A stretch of DNA of 64,000 nt from Takakia lepidozioides (Eukaryota; Plantae; Bryophyta): NCBI GenBank assembly GCA_030704615.1, contig CM060733.1:58962001-59026000 (forward strand). The letters are read 5' to 3'. Numbering within the stretch: position 1 is the first letter of the stretch; each line of letters opens with the position of its first letter. Positions 50,901-64,000 of this stretch are shown one piece after another. Below the pieces are notes generated by a model that had not been told where the DNA came from, ran no database searches, and worked only from the letters and a program-made list of their open reading frames with translations. Made by a program: the position numbers and the translations under genes.

Positions 50901-51552
50901 GAATATATGGTTTATTTGCCTTGCCCCTTGAGTCCTTACTTACGTGGATGGTATTAGGTGGTGAGAACAATGGAGAATGTGAGGGCAGCCGGGGTTGATG
51001 TAATGACCCTAGGGCAGTACATGCGGCCCACCAAGCGTCACATGCCGGTCTCAGAGTATGTGACCCCCAAGGCCTTCGAGGAGTATCGGAAGCTTGGCTT
51101 GGAACTTGTGAGCCTCTTGTCTTTCTCTGGACTAGCATGGCTTTCTTTTCACGTCCTTTAGAAAAACCATTCCTGTTGATCAGCATTAAAGCCTTTATCA
51201 CTGACGTGTGCAGTGTTTTCCTCCAACTACTAAAATCGATGTGATTGTAGCAGTCATTCTAGGTGTTCTGTCGATCGGGTACCCAAGACTGTGTTCCCTT
51301 CTTTCTCTCTCTGTGCAGATTAGTTTGCGGCTGCATAGCTTACGTGATGTAATGACAACCTCTTGTCTCCTTTTGTCTCTATGCTTATTCTCCCACACTG
51401 GGTTCTTGGGGTCTGTGCACCTGCAGGGATTTCGGTATGTGGCTTCAGGACCAATGGTGCGATCTTCATACAAGGCAGGAGAGTTTTTCATCAAGGGGAT
51501 GATTGATGCAGACCGTGAGAAAGAGAGAGAAGCTGCGTCCGTGTCTCTCTAG
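47905..51552 (+). CDS. LIP1: Lipoyl synthase (radical SAM), mitochondrial type, garbled at ~48911-49500
   Basis: [91 protein letters not shown]-rich N-terminus resembles a transit peptide. Confidence 0.92.
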
Positions 51553-51923
51553 AGCCCTTCTCTGCCAAGTTAGTGCCCATGGGTTGCAGTGAGAAGCCTA
51601 AATGCCGCATACACTACTCAATTGATTTATTGGAACAGCTTATGATCAGGCCTGCAAATATGTTAGCATCCGTGAAACTTCAAGGTAGTTTGGTTAGGAT
51701 CAACTTCATGTGTTGCTCTAGCCTTACCTGCTTTGCAATCGCAATCCCTAGGCTTGATAGATGGAACACTGTATATCATGTGACTGTAACCACCCTTGAG
51801 GTATTTTTTTCGAAATTGTACTGTGACAGTATGCCCTATTAAAGTGCTGTTATTTTCTCAAGCAACATCGCATGTGCATTACTGCAGAAAGTTTCTCTCT
51901 CTCTGTTGTATGGTGCTAGCAGT

Positions 51924-52117
51924 GACAACCGGCATGTAGCCCTGTGCTAATGGCACATACCACGTTGGATGTGGTTGTGGGTTCAAACCACGGTCTGGTC
52001 TGTCATGAAGGTGTCCACCTTTCAGCTGGAAGGCAGTAGCCCTTGTGGTGAATTGACACCATAAGTAATTGACACCATAAGTTACGCTCCCTTTGGGAGC
52101 CTCATACCTTTTTTTTT
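51924..52117 (+). mobile_element. T-tailed Pol III SINE, family S2, with 13-bp TSD
   Basis: TSD tggtgctagcagt at 51911-51923 and 52118-52130. A-box-like tagccctgtgc, B box ggttcaaacc, terminal hairpin gctccc-ttt-gggagc, poly(T) end. Confidence 0.8.
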
Positions 52118-54753
52118 TGGTGCTAGCAGTCATCATGAAGTGTAGGGATGTCCGATTGGAGGCCCTTCTCCTGCAGAATGCAAGATGGCGAGGCTGAAAT
52201 CTTGCTGGGCAGCTGCTGTAGTTGATTACTTGCTGATCCTGCAGTCCACAGCATTAAGAAAATGCACAAGGTAAATATCTTGAGTAATGATCGTAAATAT
52301 GATGTCGAGTGTTATAAACAATAGCTTTTATTGATATAAACATACTATTTTTTTGAAAAAATCTTGAGCAATGGCTCTACAGACGGTCTTCTTTCAATGT
52401 TAGCAGATGTCCTGGCAGCATACAACTCCTTTCCAAGTGACAAACATTTGAAAACAAAGGATTAGTATCTTGAGGTTGTTGTTCTATGTCTATATATATA
52501 TATGTATGTGGTGCCAGCCGGAGCTAGTGTAAATAAGAGCTCTTCCCCTTGTGGGCTCTGTCAAATTTGTAACTAGTTACGAAGTGGCAAGTTGGCCACT
52601 TTCAATCTTTCCTTTGTTCAGAGTTATGGCTGTGAGCGATGTATTAGCTGTGAAGCATGGAACGTAAGAGGGGAATGGTGTACTTAAAAGATAGCTTGAG
52701 CTTGAGCTTGAGCTTGAGCGTTTTCTTTCTAAAAGGAAGCACCTGGAAGGGACAGCTCACAAATCACTTCACTTCACTATCACTTTTCACTCTTTTCTAG
52801 TGTAATGTTCCAATTTGCCTTTGAGGGCCCACCAAAAAACCCTTGGAACAATTTGAACCAAATCTTGGTCAATAGATGTACATTTAAATATTATCATAGG
52901 GACAAACTTAGTTAGTATGTGTTTGAAAGCCCAAGGCCAAAACAACTCAAAATGAGGTGTATCATGTATCATACTCCATTTTTCCAACTCAATTTGTCAA
53001 CGTGAATGATTCTAACCAATAGTCATGATCACTTACAAAAAAAATTATTGTTTCCATATTTGGACATTTGGACCAAGGTCCCAAAAGAAGTTGGATCTCA
53101 CATAGGTTCCTTTCTTGGTCCTTAGACCAATACTCTTCCACCATAGTCAATGTCACATAGATGCCTTATCCAACATTCCTAACTTTCTTGGTCTTTAGTC
53201 AAAGCCAATAAGATCACATGCCCTCAACTGGAGTTGTTAGTGATAAATAGTAAATAGGAGGTGAGAGAGCCATGCAGAGCAAAATCATCCTCTCCTTTAG
53301 ATACCCTCTCAAGCATTAGAGCAAATAGCCTGTTTCTTCCTTGCCAATGTGTATAACATATGTAATGTAGGGTTCACAATGTGCAAATTCCAATATGGAT
53401 CTTCCATTATCTTCAATAGTAGATACCATTATTTATGCTTCTCTTGGGAAGAGTCCTCTTTCTTTCTTTACCCCAAAGGGGCAGTAGCCGTAAGGTGAAG
53501 TGACTCTTAGTTACGCCAGGTATGGTGGCTATCCTCTAAAGGCAGCTAGTCCAACCGACCATATCTGGAGCCTTTCATAAAGCTGATCTGCACCGGCACC
53601 TGAGAAGTCTCAAATTTGACACCTGTACACTAGCTACCCCAAAGTAAAACCCCAAATCCGGGGTGATTGAGTACGTCAGATTTGGCATTCTATATAGTAT
53701 AAGTCTTCTTGTGCATGTTCCAATTTATATTTTTCTAGTTCGCCATGTGTGCAAAGCCCATCAAAGTAGCAAGGAATAACTTACCTAAGAGCCGAGAGAG
53801 CCCAGCCTCCCACAACACATTATATCTACCCTTTTCACATCGAACTGGCCCACCTTGTCAAGCGGTGCCGTTCTACTAACTACAGGGAGAAAAACCCAGA
53901 TCGCACCCCTTTGCCAACCCACCATTAGCTTCACCCACACACTCTCAACTTTGAAAATGGTAAGAAAAAAGAGTCCCACTTCTGGAAGAACCTCTTAAAG
54001 ATGTTGATGGTCTCTTCCTGGTTCCATGTTGTCCAACACCATGATGAGCGCAAAGGGGCGGTAGCCGCAAGGTGAAGTGGCTCTCTGGCCAAAGAGTCGT
54101 ATCTCTGTTTGTTGTGTTGGGACAGAGGCAGACTGTGTGTAGACACAGGGATACCCTTGCTTCCGGAGAAAGGACATGGGGACATGCCCTCCTGTTTCAG
54201 CCCAGAATTGGACTCCATCATGTCAAAAGAACTCATCAGATTCTGTCACCCAGTGGATGCCCATCGAGAGTCCGAGGAGTATTATCATCCATCTCAGGGC
54301 TATGAAAGAATGATTCTAACCGTATATCATCCGATATCGACATCCCGTCCTTCACGACACAAGTGCAATCAAACGGGCGTGTCTGTGTTGAGGAGGACAG
54401 TTGCTGCAGGTTTGCAGCTGCGCTGCTGGTTGTTGAATCTATCGATGAGTTCCGTGTTCTGTGTTTGTCGTGGTGGAGATCGTGTCTTGTCTGCCATAGT
54501 TTACCTTCTCCACCCATTATGGAGGGGGGGGGAGATAGAGAGAGTTGAGCTGGTTTAAAAAGATTTGCATCCAGATCAAAGCAGAGGAAGTCCAGTGCTT
54601 GTGGACCGTGATTTTCGATTCTAGTTTGGAACTTGCAGTGCTCGGATTGCGCAGAGCTTTGTAGATCTCTCGTCAACCACGGTACATTTGAACACTCGTG
54701 GGCTTTTCTTTCTCGTACCTGCACAGAGCCTGCACGCTTCTGAAGTTGGATTC

Positions 54754-56375
54754 ATGGTGGAGTCACGCGACAGAATCATGGAATCAGCCCCTGCGAGCAT
54801 ACAAGGACAATTCGACCACGATGCAACAAGCGAGCCCGCGCTTGCCAAGATATTCGCCATGGAAGGTGGAGATGGGGCTGCCAGCTATGCCCGCACCTCT
54901 CTATTTCAAGGGCATACGTTCGAGTTTACGCGGCCTCTGCTCCAAGAGGGCATCGATGGAATGAGTTTACCAGAGGGAACCGTTCGGATCGGGGATTTCG
55001 GATGCTCCATAGGGAAGAACACTCTCTCTGTGGTAGATTTTTTAGTCAAGGGCATCCAAGACAAGTGTGCTGGAAGATCACCGTTAGAGATTCAAGTATT
55101 CTTCCAGGACCTGCCAGCAAATGATTTTAACACCCTTTTCCGGTGCCTACAGCCAGTAGAGCAATCTCAGTCTGAGAATGTAAGCCCAAGACTGTACTTT
55201 GCAGCGGGTGTCCCCGGATCCTTCTATTCTCGATTGTTCCCCCGCTCAAGCCTGCATGTCGCCGTCTCAACATTTGCACTGCATTGGCTTTCTAAGGTAC
55301 ATGTGATTGTTCAGAACTACGGTAGCATATAAAGATTTTACAGTTAGATGAATTCATAAACTGTGTATCTAGATTATAACTTACCTTGAGCACGCATGAT
55401 GATATGTTGCATCAGCATCTCTAGCTCTAGACAACTTTAAAGTTTGTAGCGGATTTACAGAGCCTACTGCTCAACGAAAGAACTTTGCTCAATGTTTGCT
55501 CTTCTAACTTGGCTTGGTAGTCTTCAGGTTCCGAGCGCAGTTCAGGACCCAACATCCTCAGCGTGGAATGCGGGAGCCACCGGAATAGTCCCTGGATTCC
55601 ATGGAAGGAATCCAGCAGCTACATTTGCCTATGCACAACAGTCACAGAATGATCTCCTCAAGTTTTTCAATCACCGAGCTGCGGAACTGGCCTCCGGTGG
55701 AGTTCTCTTCTTTACTCTGCCCGGCCGGCATATGGATGAGGAGAAAAACAAAGTGACCTCCATGATGTCGTGCACAGGGTGTGACTTCGAAGATGCTTGG
55801 GAGGATTTAATCACAGAGGTCCGTCCCTGAAATTACAACTAAATTTCAACTTCAGTGTTCACTCTTAAATACTCACCGGTTGTTCCATCCTAGATGAGGA
55901 ATGTATGGCAGCCCTGCCTGTAGAAGGCTTCTGAGTAAGAGAGAGAGAGAGTATACCCGCAACCGACACTCAGACTAGTAACTAATTGGATTTCCATCTG
56001 GGAGCTTGTGTGCAGGGCGCAACTACCACACAAACGAGAGATTCATTCAACTTACCCATGTACAAGCCCAATGTGGAAGAGATCAGAGCAGCAATTAGAG
56101 CATGTGGGGCATTCGAAGTAAAACAGCTTCAGGTTATCGAGCTCAAATCGTTCCCCCCCTCCGACGACATGCTGGCGGATCCGGAGTTGTATGGACAACA
56201 CTACGCCCTCTTCGTTAAAAGCCTTACGAACTCTCTGGTTGTAGAGCATATTGGGAAGGAACTTGCACAAAAGCTGTACAAATGCATAGAGATGCGAGGA
56301 TCAGAGAAAGTGCACATAACAAGTCGTACTGAGACGAGTGTTGCCTGCATTGCCGCACTTCTCCTGCGCAGGTAG
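54754..56375 (+). CDS. SABATH family SAM-dependent carboxyl methyltransferase, 3 exons
   Basis: MEGGDGAASYARTS, IGDFGCSIGKNT, FFQDLPANDFNTLF, GVPGSFYSRLFP, ALHWLSK|VP, RDSFNLPMY. Exons ~54754-55296, 55528-55818 and 56016-56375. Confidence 0.93.
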
Positions 56376-57813
56376 CTTTTGCAAGTCGGAGGCGACGGAC
56401 TGAATGAGAAGTCCATGACTCGGAGATGGGTCCTCAAGACAGACATTCTAGATCATAAGTATTGCATGATTTCATGTCTTTTGTGGGTCTTCACTGCACA
56501 TACCGGAAGTTTCGTCTGTTGGAAGTTATGCAGAACAGGACTGATGTATGAAGGCGCAACAAGCTTCCGTTCTTCTGAGATATAAAGAGCTGTTGGAGTG
56601 TATCAAATCCATCTTTCAAAGACGTATTTAACTTGGTTGAACTCATAGTTGTTTCTTTCAATCCGTTGGGTATCACTGTAGTCAAGAGAGTCAACACCCA
56701 AGCAACAGGCATACAAGATCGTTGACTCCACCTGAGTCCAATTCTTGTGACAAACTCAAGCTTGCACAAGATTGATGGGTCTCCTTAAGAAAAGCGCCAG
56801 AGCCTGGAATAGACAATAGACCAAGAGAAGCCAAGATAACCCGGACCTTCATGCCAGTAAGAGAAATGGATTCCATCCAAAGCTTGCAGGGATGCCGGGG
56901 CCGTCGCAGTAGAGTCTGTGCAGAATAAGTACTGAACATCTATGCGTGAAAATTTTGAGGCTCAACAAAATGGAGATAGTAGGATAGGCCAATAGGGATG
57001 CAGGAAGTCCACGCTTCTACATAAGTCTATCACCTTCTCGCTTTTAAGGCCATCTCCAGCGCTCTGAATCTGAATGTTTGAAGCGCTTGGTTTGAAGTGT
57101 AGCTAGGAGTAAGATGAGAGGGATGAACCAAGGCAAAAGCTAGCGTCACAATCAGTGTTGGGGGACGCAGATATCATATACAGTGCTTGTTTGCAAAACA
57201 TTGAAAGTGTTCCTTGGGGCAGGGCTATGCTCTTTGAGAAAGAGGTGGCTCCGCCTTCCATTTGCACTTGCAAATAGTATGCATAGTGTTTGTTGGCCCT
57301 ACCTTCTCAAGGCAGGACTTACTCAAAGGGTTCAGCTGCTTTTGACGCTTTACCGTTTTATTTATTTATTGTCTTCGATTTACTCTTCCAAAATATTTTG
57401 GTCTTATTTCTAATGAATGACATCCCTTGGATGAGCAATTTCATGGTCGTTAGGTCTGGAGTTCAATTTCTTGTGCATGTTTATGAGGATATACTTTACG
57501 TGCCACCTGGGTGACTCAGGGCTCAAATCCTGTTACCATGATATTTATTAATAAACACTGTGTGATCTTCTAGATTTTTATTATCTATTCATAATTACTA
57601 GAGGGCAGGGCTTGCATGAATTGCATCCATTTGTTTTTGTTTCCAACTTGGTCATTTACTAAGGCGCGAGTTACACAAGGGCCGCCATGGTTTCATTGAT
57701 ATGAAGTGCAACATGTGCCCAACTAGGAACTAAAAACTTTCATGTTCCTATTAAGTCTCATGGGAACAACCCATGATATAAGGTCAAGGTCACTTTGGCC
57801 AACTTGATGCGTA

Positions 57814-58424
57814 CCGTAGTGGCAAGGCTGATCCGGGAATGAAGTGCCGAATATTTATTTTCTTTACATCAAAACACTTGGGCACAACTTAAGGAAATTT
57901 TTAGATTTTATGGCAATGCCACAATGAGATTTTAAGTAATTCGGCGGTGACTCCCTGCATGAACTTGCTCTATCTACTGTACCATTCAGTAGCTTAGATG
58001 GTTAAGTGCACTGAGTGCCACCCAGATGATTCTGGGGTCAAATCTTGCCACTCATTCGCCTCCATGGCGCATAAATGAAAGAGGTTATTTTCTCCTCTCA
58101 CTACTAAGGGGCCAAATTTGTGAGCTGGCGCTCCCAGGTGTTTCTTTAAAAAATAAAAATAAAAATAATGTGGGCTGTTAAGAGCCATGAGAACATCTGG
58201 TCAATCATCAAATGCAGTGATTGTTCAGCCAATTATTCTAGGATTTCTCAGAGCTAAGGAAAATATTTTCCTAGAGCTTTATGCCTTGAAACATGCATTA
58301 GTTTGTTTGAGATTTTAGGCAATTTTTTTTGTAAAGTTTATGGAATTTCGGCAGTTTTCCTAAATTTTCACTTAATTATTAGGCATCTAATTATTTAGTG
58401 CTGGATCAGCCTTCCCAACTACGG
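57814..58424. mobile_element. Tc1/mariner-type MITE with TA TSD
   Basis: TA-ccgtagtggcaaggctgatcc ... ggatcagccttcccaactacgg-TA imperfect TIRs. Contains a nested SINE. Confidence 0.7.
57988..58168 (+). mobile_element. tRNA-derived SINE, family S1
   Basis: tagcttagatggtt A box, ggggtcaaatc B box, body matching 29650-29866, A-rich tail. Confidence 0.85.
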
Positions 58425-59559
58425 TAGTCCCTACCTTGTGGGGCAGGGCCAACAAATTAAAGAAGAAAATTGATTAAAAAACACTTGAGATGGGATCCAA
58501 AAATTGCGCCACCGGTCAAGTAGTGCACCATAAGCCCCCAAGTTTGGGTGGGCTTGTTCATTCTAGCGTGGTCTAGGAATTAAAAAGGAGGGCTAATCTA
58601 ATAAGGCCACTTGTATTAAGGGATGAAATGAAGGGTCCAAAAAAAGACGGCTGGAAGGTGATACCTATTAAATAGGGGATGGTTCAGGCCAATTTAATTT
58701 GGGTAGTTAGGATATAGGTGTCAAGTGGTGGGAGTAGGCCCGATGAGGGTCTGAGTGTCCCACCCTTCTAAAAGGGTCCCACAGCTTGAGGGGTGGGTTC
58801 TAGAAGGGCCCCACCGCCCACCGCCCTGATAGGGTATACAAATGAGAGTGGGCCTTTTCCTACTTAGAGCATCTCCATGGTGTCACGGCACTTGCCCCAA
58901 AACTGCAATCTAAGGGCGTGGGGTCCAATAAAGTAGCAAAGCTTGCTCCACGACTACCTAAGGGGCTCTGCACACATGCAGGTCCCAAAAGAAATGCAAA
59001 CAAGAACCATAGATCTATTAATTAATAGAAACATTGAGCTCAAATAAGCCTCCTACAATAAGTTGCTGAGAGAGAGGCCCACGCACATATATTGAGAGAG
59101 AGAGGCCCACTCACATTGGTTGGATATTGCATGGACGAACCCAATTTTCAATTTGTGAGGTCAATGTTACATGCGATGGAATCAACCAGGTGTGGAACAA
59201 TACATTATGTACATTTGACGCCTTTGTAGGAAAGAGTTGTGTATGTCTGACCCTGGGGCGTTGTACAACATGCTCAAATGTAGTGTAATAAGAGCAGTTC
59301 CATGGGCAGTTCCAAGCGCCGAGCCCCCCATGAATAACCCCCAAGATTAAGGAGGTGCTATTGGACGAAATAGGATATTCCCTAAGGGGCGCCCCCACGG
59401 ATCCGCCCCTTGCAAAGGGGCGAAAAAAAGCCGTCCCTTTCACAAGGGGTGGACGGATTTAGCGGCGGTGTTTGACACCTTTGGACGGAGAGAAATAATT
59501 TTCTGTAAGACTGCGCCCCGCTGTAGGAAAAGACAAAGGTGTCAAACACCGGATTTAGC

Positions 59560-60190
59560 GGTGTTTGACAAAGGTGGTTGGCTCAAAACCCGTTCTGCTA
59601 AAATGTCTGCATTCTTGAGGAGGGTTTGCAACAGGATCCCCCCGTTGGGAGTTTATATGCAGGTTCAGGGCAACTGCACAGTGTGTGCTTCAGGGATTTC
59701 GGAAACACTTGAACACTGTTTGTTTGCATATGATTTTGCCCTCGGGTTGATTTCGTCGAAAATCAGAACTTTCTATTCTACTTGGAACACAATCCCTGCC
59801 ACAAGTCTTGCTGTTCACTTACTAAATATCCATCGTGATGGTATTTGGTCAAACGGCCCAGTATGGGCATCTATCCGAGCAGTCACTCTGTGGCATCTAT
59901 GGAAGAAAGATGCAACAATCTCTTCTCTAACAGTGCCATTTCCTATTCGCCCACCTTGCATCGTGTTTATTGTAACCTGCAAATTGAGCGCAAAAAAGCT
60001 TGGGGGGGTGGTGCTTTCAGCTTTACGCAGATGCTCTCAAGACAAACACGACACCCTCATTGCGCAATTCAACGATTCCTGGGGAAGAGGAGGGATCGTC
60101 TGCTCTGGGTTTTTCGAAACCGGCACGACCTGGACCTCCAACCTTCCACCCTCCCCTCTTTCTTAAGAAAAAACAAAAACAACAAAAAAA
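59560..60190 (+). mobile_element. 3' remnant of an L1-like LINE
   Basis: KMSAFLRRVCNRIPP..CTVC..ETLEHCLF..RAVTLWHLWK resembles the C-terminus at 24490-24790. A-rich tail at 60164-60190. Confidence 0.65.
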
Positions 60191-60884
60191 CTAATATACC
60201 CTTGACTCGGAGTCTGTGCAGAAAAAAGGTGGCAACTTGCAAGTGCAATGATCGTTGCCACCCTGTCAAATGTGCAGTGCCGCCAGACAAACCTGTTGCA
60301 GCGTGTCATGGGACTGTGGCAGACGAGGCGAATGGCAGTTGTGGGTCTCACCATCTTCTGGTGCTCGGGATCTCAATTGAGACTCGATCTATTCTCTCTG
60401 TGTGCCCCTTTTGGGAGGTGGCTGTTGGACTAGCTCCTTTGCTGGATCGCTTTCCGGGTCTCTCCCCTTTTTGCGTTCTTAGAGTCCAGAGTGTAGATAT
60501 GAAGCTTCTTTCTTTGGATTTCTCTCTGCGTGTGATTTTTTCTGGGAGACATTAGGTGGGCGCTTGTGGTCTTCTTTTCGTTCGAGTCCTAGTAGGTCGA
60601 GACTTACGAGATCGAGATACTTGTTGAGATCGAGGCGACTATATATGGTGGGTGGGGCGGGCAGCCGTCTTCCTTCATTGATTCACGGTGCACATGATAC
60701 ATTGCGAATAGAGTGATCAGGGAAATCGAGACAAAGTTGGCCGATCTGCAGAGTCACGTTTTGAACATATTGCAGAGAGGGAGCGCTCGGAGAAGAGCAA
60801 CTCTTCATTACGCACGTTGACCACGAACTCTCAGGCCCGGTATATATGATGGAAAAGTACGGGGCCTAGCGGGAAACTGTAGAT

Positions 60885-63800
60885 ATGGGCATGCAGGGGA
60901 GTAATCCAAATGGAAAACATACAGCGGAAATGGAAGAGCGCAACTATATCAACAGGAGGTTTGAGAGATTGTGTGTTTACGTGAGAGCGCATGAGCGCGA
61001 GGTCTGGTTTGCAATCAAGACAGGAGTTGCCGTATCGCTGGGATTCTTGGTGTTGCTCTTTGGTCCAACCTATGTTCGATGGTTTGAAAGGAATGCAGTA
61101 TGGTGTGTTATCACGGTAAGGGGGCAGTCCCCACTTGAGAAAGAAAGAAATTAGGAAGCTAGAAAGTAACGAGAGAGAGCGAGAGCTGGCAAACATGGTG
61201 CCCTGCTTTCTTGAGCTGAACGATAAAGTGTTCCAACTCCACTTTTCCTTTCCATACGCGCCATGCCACAAATATCCTTGTGGTCACATAACTCACCGCC
61301 GAATTCTGTGTGAGCGAAGTCCTGTACATGCAACTTTTTAGTAATTTATGTTGCCCAAGAAGATCTTCCTCTCTCCTTTGGGCTGAACCTCTTTTCGTTT
61401 TCTCATGCAACCTTTCGTTTTCACTGGGGAGCCCTTCTACGGCAGACATATAGATGTAGTATCCCATAGTATATACATGTGCTTGGAAACTGATCGCAGC
61501 GATATATAGTTTAAGGCTGAGTGAAGCTTGCAGAAGTTGTATATAGCAGTGACTATACGAGCCAGCGAGCTAGCCTTTGGAGAACGCCTTGTACGTGCCC
61601 CATAGGAGTGAATGACACACGTTTAAATGCGTTGTTCGACTGTGAGTAATCTCATGTGTAGGCTGTGGGAGGGAGTGATGACGACAGGTGTGTCTCATAT
61701 GCGAGCCGACAGTGGGTGCGTTGTTTTCGAAGGGTGTGAACCGAGCACTTGGCACTATGGTGGCAATAGTACTGGCTCTGTTAGTTGGGGAGGTAGCTGA
61801 TTCTATACGCAGCGGAGGGGCCTACTTCCTACTCGCATCGGTGTTTGTTATAGGCTCAATCATCACCTTCATGAAGTCTGTAAGTGACATGAATGATGCA
61901 AATAAACCCAAATTGGACAAAGAGAAATTGAATGTTCCATTGGGAAGTCCTAGACTTACAAGTTGTTAAATTCTGCAAGTACTACATCTCCGACATTTGG
62001 CTCCCACAGGCCCTTTGACCTCCCTGTGAAGGCAATTCTTCTTCTCCTCTGAATACCTGGGTCATAGCATAAGAAGTGGTATGGGATCTGCCAGGTACCA
62101 CCAATCAAAGGCAAGTACGATTATGCGAGTGGTATGGCGCTGTTGACGTTCTGCCTCCTCATTGCTGGAGAGTATGTCACAGTGGCTTTCTGATTACATA
62201 CTCTTAACTTATTGTGTTTCTAGTCTCCGGGTAATTTCACATGGTTGGCCGGAAGTTGAGGGGGACAGAGAGATATTGCAGTTATAGCGTTGAACAGGGT
62301 TGCAGATCTCAGTATGTTATGCATTAACAATGCTTTTGACGGCAAGGGTAAACTATACCCCTTACCCTTTTGTGTTGGTGAGACTAAGAACTTAGAAAAT
62401 TGAACCATTCAACAGGTATGGTTTCCACAAAGGATGGAAAATAGCAATTGTACGCTTGCTGCTGGTGCTCATTGGCTTCGTCATAGCTGCCATCATCCAT
62501 TTAGTGATCAAGCCTGTCTTCGCTGGAACCGACTTGCACTGCAAAGTAGCCAATCACTTTGACAAGGTCAGCTGGAATTCTTTATGCATTTCTTTTCAAG
62601 TTTGCTAATTAATGGTCACCTTCATTCCCACAAACCCTCTCAGATCCTGCTTGCAGAGGGTTAGTAAGAAACTTTACTGCAATAGCTGTTTACGCTCACA
62701 TTAGCAGGAACTGACTTGGCAATAGCCTGAGGATGTGGCTGTCATGGATGCTGACTGCTGTGAATCACGTATCCAAGAACAGTAGGTAAAATATGAAGCT
62801 GAGTATAGTTAATAGAAAGGTGTGAACATACCATTTTCCCCTAGAGAACATGTTTATCTTTATTTTTCTAAAGATTCACATGCGTATTTGGAGCAGATCT
62901 GACCAGTCAAAAAATCTAACACTAATGATTTTGTCTTGAACTCATTTAGTGTGGGGGTTGCGTGCAGATTGCTGTTACGCTGGAAACTTGTGTCCAGTCG
63001 TATATGGTGGGCAAGCGCTTTGATAAGATCGAGGAGATTTGGAAAGGGAGGGCAGCTGATGACCTTGTTCATCAGGGATATAAGGATGTCATTCAATCTA
63101 AAGGAGAAATTGATTCTTTGGTATGTCTCAGATGGCTTTCCGTTCTTCAGAATTTATACATCATTTTGCAGGCTCTCTGTCTGTCTGTCTCTCTTTCTGT
63201 ACCATTTCATATTTCTTCTTCTCTTGCCAGATCAATTTCTTTTCCAAAGGGGTATGGTAGGTTTGTGCTGGTAGCTGCACCTATTCTGCTCTCCTTGTCC
63301 AATCGTCCCACTTGCCAGTTTCTGGCTATGTCTAAACAGACTGTGGGGTCCATGCCGCAAGGTGTCTAGCAAAGTCTTTCTCATAAATTCTTCTTGTGTT
63401 CTGTTTTAGATTTTTTCTGCCCTGAAAATAGTCAAACACTAGAGCTGATCAGTGGCACCAGGGTTGCCTTGCACCCGTTGAGCTAATTGAAAGATAGTCA
63501 TAATCTAGAATGCACAGGCCGGATCTGTTACTGGTCCAGTTGATACTCTTGAAAACATGATACCATCACTCCAGGCACCTGCCCAACCTGTCACTTGGAA
63601 ATGATATAATTTGCTTCACAAGATCTGAAAGAAATGTGGGGGGAAAGCATGCATTGGTGATGTGGGAGCCCCCCCATGGCCCTTTTGGATGGAGATATCC
63701 ATGGCAGCTGTACAAGGACGTCACACTCAGAGCTCGGCGATGTGCCTTCAACGCTGTCGCAATGGATGGTTGCCTTCGCTCCGAAATTCAGGCACCAGTA

Positions 63801-64000
63801 GCAACACGGCAGCTTCTTGCACAGCCTATGGCTAAATTAACCACTTCGGCAGTCAAGGTAAGAGCTGGTCAACCTGCCTGTGTATTGGCACTATTATCTC
63901 TGGCCCTCTTTCATCTTCTGAAACGCGTCTTACTATTTGTTGCATTTGATACTGAACCAAATTGCTACATTTACATAATTACAGTTTATATCCAGTCAAC
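60885..64000 (+). CDS. ALMT: Aluminium-activated malate transporter (ALMT) family anion channel, 3' end beyond the window
   Basis: FAIKTGVAVSL, NAVWCVIT|VCLICEPTVGALFSKGVNRALGT, KYDY..LLTFCLL, KPVFAGTDLH, QGYKDVIQSK, WEPPHGPF..YPWQLY, DGCLRSEIQAP. Confidence 0.92.

Overview
Eukaryotic nuclear DNA from a land plant, most likely a non-seed lineage such as a bryophyte, lycophyte or fern. This is inferred from the PLS-type PPR, SABATH and ALMT genes and the RTE/RTEX-like LINEs. Six host genes are recognisable: a multi-exon MOV10/SDE3-like RNA helicase (-, 3' end off-window), a PLS-E PPR gene whose upstream exons encode an OSB-type PDF motif (+), a quinone-oxidoreductase-like MDR gene (-), lipoyl synthase (+, one locally garbled stretch), a SABATH methyltransferase (+) and an ALMT channel (+, 3' end off-window). 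A nested transposon island at about 22.05-40 kb holds an L1 remnant, a decayed hAT, a hairpin array, an inverted-repeat-bounded RING cassette, an LTR-like segment and a Penelope-like retroelement with a minimal hammerhead ribozyme. A young LINE family occurs as about 9 pieces in introns, mostly at (TC)n tracts and in head-to-tail chains. Two Pol III SINE families are present. The strongest leads are the PDF-PPR chimera, the TC-associated chain-forming LINE, the PLE hammerhead and a covarying three-way-junction RNA motif in SINEs. Several frameshifts are single-base losses in homopolymers, so the assembly probably has consensus errors. All exon and element boundaries were read by eye.
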